From: Candidatus Moraniibacteriota bacterium
GTDB taxonomy: Bacteria > Patescibacteriota > Minisyncoccia > Moranbacterales > DUUL01
DNA: 64,000 nucleotides
Reading direction: 5' to 3'
Assembly (NCBI GenBank): GCA_034522495.1
Contig: JAXHLG010000002.1
Coordinates: forward strand, 401,541 to 465,540
Shown: one piece after another, positions 60,599-64,000 of the stretch
How the letters are laid out: every line of letters begins with the position of its first letter
Numbering within the stretch: position 1 is the stretch's first letter
Made by a program: the position numbers and the translations under genes
Notes under the pieces: generated by a model
Databases searched by the model: none
Told to the model about the DNA's origin: nothing
Seen by the model: the letters and a program-made list of their open reading frames with translations, nothing else

Positions 60599-61630
60599 AT
60601 GGCGAATAAGAAAAAAACTCAAAAAAAGTCTCCGGAAAAAGAAGGGAAAAAGAACGCGGAAGAAGTTATAAGCGAAATACAATCCAAATTTGGAGAGGGA
60701 TCTATTATGAAGCTGGGTGAGGCAAAGAAGGTGGATGTTGCTTCCATCTCCAGCGGATCGCCTTCTTTGGATATCGCTTTGGGAATCGGAGGAGTTCCCA
60801 GGGGCCGAGTGATTGAAATTTACGGTCCAGAATCTTCCGGAAAAACTACTCTGGCTCTTCATATCGCCGCCAACGCTCAGAACGACGGAGGATCGGTGGC
60901 CTTCGTGGATGCTGAACATGCTCTCGACCCCGCTTACGCCAAAAGACTGGGAGTAAACACGGACGAATTGCTAGTTTCTCAGCCGGATGCCGGAGAGCAA
61001 GCGCTTGATATTGTGGAAACCTTGGTGAGATCCAATTCGGTGGATGTTATCGTGGTGGACTCTGTGGCCGCGTTAACTCCCAAAGCGGAAATCGAAGGAG
61101 AGATGGGAGATAAGCACGTGGGTCTTCAGGCCAGATTGATGTCCCAAGCTTTGAGAAAACTTACCAGTATTGTTTCCAAGACGAATGTAGCGGTGATATT
61201 TATAAACCAAATAAGAATGAAGATAGGAGTGATGTTTGGCAATCCCGAAACGACTACCGGAGGCAACGCTTTGAAGTTTTATTCCTCGGTTAGGATTGAA
61301 GTAAGGCGGGCCGCTCAGATAAAGCAAGGAGAGCAAATTATCGGCAACCGGGTTAAAGCGAAAGTGGTTAAAAACAAGGTGGCGCCGCCGTTTCAGACTT
61401 CCGAATTCGATGTTATGTACAACAAGGGCATTTCCAAGGAAGGAGACGTGCTTGACTTGGGAGAAAAATTCGGAGTCGTTTCCAAAACGGGGTCCTGGTA
61501 TAATTATCAAGACGAAAAGATCGGCCAAGGCCGGGAAGCTGCCAAAAAGTATTTGCAAGAAAACCCCGAGAGCTATAACAAAATATTGAAGGAAGTCAAA
61601 GAAAAGGCCAAGGAAGAAAACGACTGGTAA
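60599..61630 (+). CDS. recA: Recombinase RecA
   Basis: [11 protein letters not shown], Walker [61 protein letters not shown]. Confidence 0.97.
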   Translation: MANKKKTQKKSPEKEGKKNAEEVISEIQSKFGEGSIMKLGEAKKVDVASISSGSPSLDIALGIGGVPRGRVIEIYGPESSGKTTLALHIAANAQNDGGSVAFVDAEHALDPAYAKRLGVNTDELLVSQPDAGEQALDIVETLVRSNSVDVIVVDSVAALTPKAEIEGEMGDKHVGLQARLMSQALRKLTSIVSKTNVAVIFINQIRMKIGVMFGNPETTTGGNALKFYSSVRIEVRRAAQIKQGEQIIGNRVKAKVVKNKVAPPFQTSEFDVMYNKGISKEGDVLDLGEKFGVVSKTGSWYNYQDEKIGQGREAAKKYLQENPESYNKILKEVKEKAKEENDW

Positions 61631-61637
61631 ACCTTGC

Positions 61638-62185
61638 AAGGGACTGTTTCCAAACCCCGTTCCTATTTAGAGCCTGCCCCGCTCTGCGGGACAAAATAAT
61701 AGTAATTACGCGGTTAAGTTTCTTGCTTGCCAAATTATTTATATTAAAGAGAGCAAAGCAAGGCTTGGTTTTTGCATTCGTATCGAAAAAAGATCTTAGG
61801 GGACCGTTTCCAAACACCATTCCTACTGCAATTCCACCTTTTTTGCTAAATTTTCCAAAAATTTTTTTGCCTTAACTCTGCTATCCCGCAATGCGGGACA
61901 AAAATTGTTTGAAAAATTTATCTAAAAAATTAGAAATTTCGTAACGAAATGGTGTTTGGAAACAGTCCCTTAAGAAGCAAATTGTTTTTCTTTCAAGCGT
62001 ATCTTCACAAGATGAAAAGGAATGTGCGCATAAAACCAAGCCTTGCTTTGCTCTCGGCGCTGTAGAAGCGCAATCGCGTAATTCCTGAATATGTAAAATA
62101 TTTATATCTTTAAAGCAGCGCTGTTCCGTTTCAGCGGGGCCGTGTTAAATTTAGCAATGAAATAGTGTTTGGAAACAGTCCCTGT
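61638..62185. mobile_element. Nested repeat region: family B copy B3 (61701-62086, inverted relative to B2) inside another GGGACTGTTTCCAAAC-armed element
   Basis: Outer pair gggactgtttccaaacccc (61640) / gtgtttggaaacagtccc (62165). Inner element agtaattacgcgg...cgcgtaattcct is the reverse complement of 45841-46216. Confidence 0.75.
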
Positions 62186-62212
62186 AAATAAACTATAAAA
62201 ATTAATTGTCGT

Positions 62213-63154
62213 ATGAGCAAGAAAAAGATTGTTCAAGTGTTGGTATTAGTGTTGCTGGGAGCTTCTATGCCCGGATATATTTTTTGGAAAAACATTTTTC
62301 CGGATTTTGAATATTATTTAAATGAAGATACTTATTTCGGAGTGAAGATTTTCAAGAAAGAGGCGGGCGAAAAAGATTTTTTAGTCCTGCCCGAGCTGGA
62401 AAATTATTTTTTTGATAAAGTGAAAATAACCGGAAGGATAGATCCGCCGGCGGAAAAGGATTTCCAAGTAAAAGCGTTCAAGGGCTACCAAGCCTTTTAC
62501 TACCAAGAAGGGGAAGCAATCAAAACAAAAGAAGAACTTGAAGAAATTATCAACAACAATCCGGTGGATGTTCCCAATGGCGCGCTTTTTGCCTACAATG
62601 ACTCAGTCAATGTTGTTTCCGGGGAATATTTTTACCCGGTGTTCTCCGAGGAGCTGTTTGGCAAGCTGGGGTATAGTTGGGAGGAGGTGGCAGAAAAGGG
62701 TGGCGATTTTACGGGAAAATTAACTGAAGGAGATAGATTGCACTATGGCGGCCCGCATCCGGATGGAACAATTCTTAAATCTTTTTCCGGCGATTATTAT
62801 CTGATTTCCCGGGAAGCAAAAAGAAGACTGTCTTTCCCCGGCGCAGAAGAATTTATTCAAAAACAAAATTATACTGTCATAGAGACCTCGGAAGAAAATA
62901 GCAAAGAATTTGGCAAGTGCTCTTCGGGCGCAGGCGCCTCGAGCATCAACTGTCAATTTAATAAAAAAGCCTCTATAGAAGGAATGGATTATGTTTTCCA
63001 ATTAGAAAATCTGGATATAAAGAAAGTAACGGATGCGCAGGTTGAATTGTCCGCCACTCCATCCTTGAAGGGAGCCAAGCGAAATATAAGAGTCTTTTAT
63101 TGGAATTTAAGAGATAATTTAGCGCAAAGATATAAGGGTCATCTATTCAATTAA
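62213..63154 (+). CDS. Hypothetical N-terminally anchored/secreted protein
   Basis: 313-aa ORF with the signal-anchor IVQVLVLVLLGASMPGYIFW. No family recognised. Confidence 0.55.
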   Translation: MSKKKIVQVLVLVLLGASMPGYIFWKNIFPDFEYYLNEDTYFGVKIFKKEAGEKDFLVLPELENYFFDKVKITGRIDPPAEKDFQVKAFKGYQAFYYQEGEAIKTKEELEEIINNNPVDVPNGALFAYNDSVNVVSGEYFYPVFSEELFGKLGYSWEEVAEKGGDFTGKLTEGDRLHYGGPHPDGTILKSFSGDYYLISREAKRRLSFPGAEEFIQKQNYTVIETSEENSKEFGKCSSGAGASSINCQFNKKASIEGMDYVFQLENLDIKKVTDAQVELSATPSLKGAKRNIRVFYWNLRDNLAQRYKGHLFN

Positions 63155-63163
63155 ATTTTTAGT

Positions 63164-63571
63164 ATGGAAAAAAGTGTTAAAAAAGCTCAGGAATTAATAG
63201 AAAGAAAACTGAATGATAATTACAAGTTTGCCCTGTGGCTTTTAATAGTTCTTACCTTTGATTATATGGGGCTTTTTGTCCTTGAAACCATTTTGCCCGG
63301 ATTTGTAATGAATTTTTTTAATTTAAACCTATTGCTGTTCGTTGTTTTGGCAGGATGGCTTTTTCTGGCTTTTTTTACGGAGGATCAAAAAAAAGCGGAA
63401 ATTGGAAGCAAGGTCTCGGCCTTTTTGCTGACGGCCTTTCTGGCCTTGCTAGCGCTGGGACTGTTGTTTTCTCTTTATAAGGCGGCCGCCTTGGAGTTTA
63501 CTGTCTATTTTGTCTTGGCCGCTATCGCCGGGAAGCTTCTTTTTGACCATTGGGCTGAAAATAATAAATAG
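63164..63571 (+). CDS. Hypothetical small integral membrane protein
   Basis: 135 aa with four hydrophobic helices. The stop codon TAG lies within the end of MITE C4. Confidence 0.5.
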   Translation: MEKSVKKAQELIERKLNDNYKFALWLLIVLTFDYMGLFVLETILPGFVMNFFNLNLLLFVVLAGWLFLAFFTEDQKKAEIGSKVSAFLLTAFLALLALGLLFSLYKAAALEFTVYFVLAAIAGKLLFDHWAENNK

Positions 63572-63746
63572 GGGCTGCTGGTTTTTGAAAAAATCTATCG
63601 CTCTCGCTTTGCGGGAAAAAATTATTTTAACTAAAATCCCACAAATAAGGCAAAATAATTTTTGCCCGGAGAATTTCGGGTTTCGTACCGCTTTTAAAAT
63701 ATAAATATTTTACATATTTTGCCCCGCAGAGCGGGGCAGGCCCTAA
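63569..63746. mobile_element. MITE-like element, family C, copy C4 (inverted relative to C3)
   Basis: taggggctgctggtttttgaaaaaat...cgctttgcggg...ccgcttttaaaatataaatattttacatattttgccccgcagagcggggcaggccctaa. Confidence 0.8.
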
Positions 63747-63816
63747 ATAGTGAAACCAAAATAATCCTTTCTTCCTCCTTTTTGAAAGGAGTTTTTTTAA
63801 TCAGTGATTCAAGCCG

Positions 63817-64000
63817 ATGCGGCGAGAGGAGAACAAGAAAATAAAAAGCTATTCATTGGGATGCAAAGTTAACCAGTATGACGGCAATTATTTAGCGGGA
63901 GTAATTTCCTCCCGGTTCGGCCTGGCAAAACTGGCCAAGGAAAACCGGGAAAAAGCGGACTTTGTTATTATTAACACCTGTGCGGTAACTTGCTCGGCTG
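63817..64000 (+). CDS. Radical-SAM methylthiotransferase (MiaB/MtaB/RimO family), N-terminal fragment running off the window
   Basis: Manual translation: MRREENKKIKSYSLGCKVNQYDGNYLAGVISSRFGLAKLAKENREKADFVIINTCAVTCSA. This is the UPF0004 N-terminal domain pattern GC.(V/L)NQ.D....ADvvvINTCaV. Confidence 0.7.
   Translation, partial: MRREENKKIKSYSLGCKVNQYDGNYLAGVISSRFGLAKLAKENREKADFVIINTCAVTCSA

Noticed and set aside
1-64000. An alternative genetic code (UGA = Gly, code 25), as in some CPR lineages
   Set aside because: Many well-identified genes terminate at TGA at the expected length. In addition, an RF2 gene with a UGA-dependent frameshift is present.

Overview
AT-rich bacterial chromosomal segment, almost entirely coded on the + strand. 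Gene content and style (compact housekeeping operons, weak Shine-Dalgarno use, K/E-rich extensions on ribosomal proteins, many membrane-anchored hypothetical proteins) suggest a Patescibacteria/CPR-like organism; this is inference only. Standard genetic code: UGA is a stop, and prfB carries the classic CTT TGA C +1 frameshift. Housekeeping content: rplJ-rplL; a 7-gene glycan cluster (GT9, sulfotransferase, GT2, GT4, 2x GT2, methyltransferase) with a divergent TPR membrane protein; tRNA-Thr(CGU); prfB; ftsE/ftsX; the dcw genes mraZ-rsmH-ftsL-ftsI-murF; an ABC permease; a parvulin PPIase; ferredoxin; htrA; clpB; a SufC-like ATPase; ftsA; infA-rpmJ-rpsM-rpsK-rpsD-rpoA-rplQ-rplM-rpsI; a rodZ-like gene; recA; and the start of a MiaB/MtaB-like methylthiotransferase. 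The accessory part lies at about 20.8-35.3 kb. It holds two identical IS4-family insertion sequences 198 bp apart. These are followed by a surface-protein island: a head-to-tail triplication of a 2.68-kb unit, each unit encoding an 857/858-aa protein (signal peptide, large N-terminal domain, transmembrane hairpin, 28-Cys C-terminal domain). The three copies are identical over their first 498 codons and mosaic in a short variable cassette. The island is punctuated by three paralogous small membrane-anchored proteins and a tail-fibre-like protein with a Peptidase_S74 intramolecular chaperone domain. The second unusual property is how many short palindromic/MITE-like repeat families fill the intergenic spacers, including spacers inside essential operons. 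One REP-like hairpin family clusters next to a RAYT-like Y1 transposase gene that itself carries a perfect 47-bp copy of the hairpin in frame. All calls come from reading the sequence and ORF translations by eye. No database search was run.
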